Shown here: one piece after another, positions 60,729-64,000 of the stretch
How positions within the stretch are numbered: position 1 is the first letter of the stretch
Layout of the letters: every line of letters starts with the position of its first letter
Origin: Cenococcum geophilum
Lineage: Eukaryota
Direction: 5' to 3'
Assembly: GCA_050273025.1 (NCBI GenBank)
Contig: CP158635.1
Coordinates: 19,592,001-19,656,000, forward strand
Length of the DNA: 64,000 bases
Translations under genes and position numbers: made by a program
Notes under the pieces: generated by a model
Told to the model about the DNA's origin: nothing
The model's database searches: none
What the model saw: only the letters and a program-made list of their open reading frames with translations

Positions 60729-63700
60729 TAGGGGTGCCGGTAAATCTTCCCATTAAGTCCGAATTGACTTAAATTAATTATAAATTAAATCAAATTAAAT
60801 CAGTTTGAGGTCCTCTGCTAAGCTAATTCAAATCAAATTAAAGGCTGAATTGAATTGATAAATATATAGAATATAGAAATATTTTTACCTTTGGTGTTGA
60901 TGTTTAATAGATGCTCTTAGTTGGCGTATAAAATGCCGATTCTTTAAACTTTATTAGGTAAACCTATATAACCTAGCAATTGCCGTCATCGTTAAGCTAG
61001 ATCCGAGTCATCGGCTAGGCATATAACCTATATGAAGATATTCGCACCTACAAAGGTCCTTCTAAAATTGCTACCTTATTAACCTTTTAACACCACCACT
61101 CTATATTATTATAATGGATATTAAATCCGATTCTAAACCACTTTCTGCGCCTCCTAGTATAATTGAGGTACCTATTGAGCTTCAGAAGACCTCTGATTTT
61201 GATTCTCGCGCCTAGAATACTGCGAGAGACTTATCTTTTTCTAGCGATGATAAATACAAAGACCTTAATTGGCTGAAGTTTCCCGGCTTTTAGATTCCTC
61301 CTCCATTAAAACGAGACCGCCGATTGCATATCTGGAAGTATTGCTATAAGATCTACCAAACAGAAACAGGAAATCTCTATATAGTATGTTAGATTTGCTA
61401 TATAAAACACAAAATAAAATATGCCACTAATTACCGCTGGCTTGACGCCTTAACTGGTAGAGCTGCTGAATACCTCCTAAAAAAGCATAATATTGGTAAG
61501 AATGGGCCAATTAAGCTTTTAGATTAATTTTAATTAGTCGCCAGTATATGAAACAAAACACCTACTAAGTAAGCCGAGCTTAATTAACGTTGTAGGAGCT
61601 TTAACGAACGCCAATTTCAGAAGCTTCTGATATAGTGGGTTATTTAGGACGGAATCGCATTTAATTAAGTCGACAGTAAGTATTTTCGTAAGCTAATTAT
61701 CTACCTAAATAAGAACTCTAAAGAGATTCTCCCTCACCGAATGATAATACGCGATTGGATTATTAAGGACTTTAAATAATATAAAGGTATAGTAACGGAG
61801 CTTTTTAAGCGCGTGTATAGTCGAATATACGTCTCTATGGATATATGGACCTCTTAAAACCTCCTAAGCCTCTACAGAATTGTTGTTTACTTTATTAACA
61901 ATAAGGGTAACTATAGAACCTTCCTACTTAGTATACCAAAACTCGCTGGGCGACATATAGGCGTTAATATTGCTAACGGCGTAGCCGCGATTCTTACGGA
62001 GTTTAATATTGGTGATAAAATCGGGTATTTTATACTGGATAATGTGTTAAATAATAATACCTATATGGAGGCTCTAGGTAAGAAGCTTAGATTTAATTAG
62101 AAGGAGCGTTAACTTTAGTGCGCTGGCTATATAATTAACCTAGTGGCTTACTTAATCCTCTATAGTAAGGATATGAAGGCTTTAGAGGATAAGCTTAAAG
62201 AGGCTAAAGATAAGATTAAGCACCTAGAGCTTTGGAGGAAGCAGGGCCTAATTAAAAAGCTTTATAATATTATCATTTATATATTATCTACGTCATCCCA
62301 ACGCGAGTAGCAATTTAAGGAGTTTTAATATATCTATTTAACTACTATGCCATCGTTTTTAGACGGCTCTACGACTTAAACTACCTGGAAGCTTATCCTT
62401 AATGTTAATACGCGGTAAAACTCTACTTTTGATATAATTAAGCGCGCGCTACACCTTATGGCTGTAATTAACGCCTTTATTGAAAAGGAGCAACGGGATT
62501 GAGAGGCTTACTATAATTAGGCCACTAAAAACGGCATAAAGCCTTACCTAAAAAAGGGCAAGAAGAAGCCTTTAATTATCAACGACGCCTTAGGTAAGGA
62601 GGAATAGCAGATTCTAAAGGAGTATATATAGATATTAGCGCCGCTTAAGGAGGTTACTAAGACTCTAGAAGGCAAGGCTTATAACGGTAAGTTAACCTTA
62701 ATTAGGGTTTAAAAATATCTACTAATTTATAATAAATTAGGTAGAAACGGAGCTCTATAGGAGGTCCTTTCGTCCCTAAAATACCTTATTAAGCAGATTG
62801 ACCTTCTTACGTTTTAATATAAGTATAACCTAGAGTCTTACTTTTACACGGGCCTTTAACTTAAATGGCAGAAACTTAATAAGTACTATAAGCTTACTAA
62901 TAAATCCGCCGCATACATCGCCTCTATTGCTCTACACCCGTAATATAAATAAAAGTGGATTAAGAATAAGTGGAAGAATAAGAAGAGATGGATTAGAGAT
63001 ATAAAAGAGCGTGTTTAAATAGAATGGGAGACATACAAAGGCCTTAATTTAGGTAGGAGAGTTAGTACACCACCATCTAAGCGCCGGCGATGCGAGGTAG
63101 AGGGTCTAAGAGCCTTCCTAGATAAAGGCCTTAGCAACAACTCGGAAGATAATAAGGAGGAGGATAAGTATAAAGCATAGATAAGGAAGTATCCAAAATG
63201 GAATAGGAAGGTTAATAATCCAATTAAGTATTAATAGGAGCTTTAATTTAACTATCCACGCCTCTTACGCTTCGCAATTAATATGTTTAGTACGCTAGCA
63301 ATAAGCAATAAGCCAGAACGAGTATTTAACCTTACTGGTAATATGGTGCGGCCTAATAGAGCAAAGCTTAAAGCTAATGTTATTAGCGCTGCAATTAGCT
63401 TAAAGCATTGGGATATAAATAAGGTTATTAATATAAGCCGCTGAAGCCGGTAAGTTAATATAGAGGTGTTCTAAAAGTATATAGAGTGCTAATATTTGTA
63501 TAGGAACGACGACTTAATCCTCCTTACTATTACCTAAGCCTCTACCAGAGCCTCTACTAAAGCCTCCTCTACCGCTTCTACTACGCCAGTAATGTTATAT
63601 ATCGCGAGATCCTTATATAGGCGGAAGGGTTAAACAAAAGGCCTTATTTATAGGCGGGCATTAAGTAATTTCAGGTAACTGCTGCGCAAAATACTATACC

Positions 63701-63857
63701 AAGACTTTATATAGCATTATATTAATTCGTTAATTTAATTCCAATTTGAGCCTTCCAAATCAACTCAATTCTTTTAATTCGCCTAATATAGAACGCCAAG
63801 CAATTCAATTTAATTCAAACCTCTTTAGAAGACTTGAAAGGTTTACTAGCACCCCTG
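60729..63857 (+). mobile_element. Complete hAT transposon (3,129 bp), RIPed
   Basis: TIRs TAGGGGTGCCGGTAAA.../...TTTACTAGCACCCCTG and 8-bp TSD TACTTACC (60721-60728 and 63858-63865). Transposase motifs: BED finger, SMDIWTS, ILDN..NNNT, CAG.IINL, NTR*NST and dimerisation domain YPRL...PERVF. Confidence 0.95.
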
Positions 63858-64000
63858 TACTTACCGCGGTAGAGGAGCTTCTAATTACGCGCGTATACGT
63901 TTATCTACAAGTTATACGTATACGCGGCCAGCAACATCGCTATACTGGCCATATCTGCTGCTTTGGCTAGAATACACTAAAGACTTAGAGGCAGCTACTA

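Larger units (their letters stand above)
56819..64000 (+). mobile_element. Helitron (5' part), interrupted by a LINE and a hAT, continuing beyond the window
   Basis: Candidate 5' end TCTATAC at 56819. Cys motif CSCCKE...GVCKA at ~60545-60620. After removing the hAT it reads LP.LTAVEELLITRVYVYLQVIRIRGQQHRYTGHICCF, the DUF6570-type domain that precedes the Rep/helicase of fungal Helitrons. Confidence 0.7.

Overview
Filamentous ascomycete DNA, probably a TE-rich Dothideomycete (inferred), with GT-AG introns and strong RIP in the repeats. There are three zones. (1) 1-~28,650 is an AT-rich, RIP-eroded transposon island that can be fully unpicked from its termini and target-site duplications (TSDs). 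A Crypton-fragment/gag-like host contains a Tc1/mariner element, which contains two Ty3/gypsy elements, and one of those contains a third. The zone also holds a partial gypsy, two CAAGGGGG-ended MITEs and a Helitron-like 3' end. (2) ~28,650-55,000 is gene-rich. It has three adjacent frameshifted pseudogenes (PEP-mutase family, ABM-like barrel, SNG1-like), a hypothetical gene, LIA1/DOHH, RPA12, SCC2/NIPBL, a HET-domain relic, an MFS transporter, FIG4 and a ModF/YDR061W-like ABC ATPase. Between the MFS gene and FIG4 lie two related insertions with TTATCTCA termini and 8-bp TSDs: a perfect 36-bp palindrome and a 1,144-bp element with hairpin-structured ends. This is the most unusual signal in the window. 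(3) ~56,600-64,000 is a second nest: a hAT-like end is followed by a Helitron containing a 5'-truncated Tad-like LINE and a complete RIPed hAT. All calls were made by eye, and de-RIPed protein motifs are my reconstructions.
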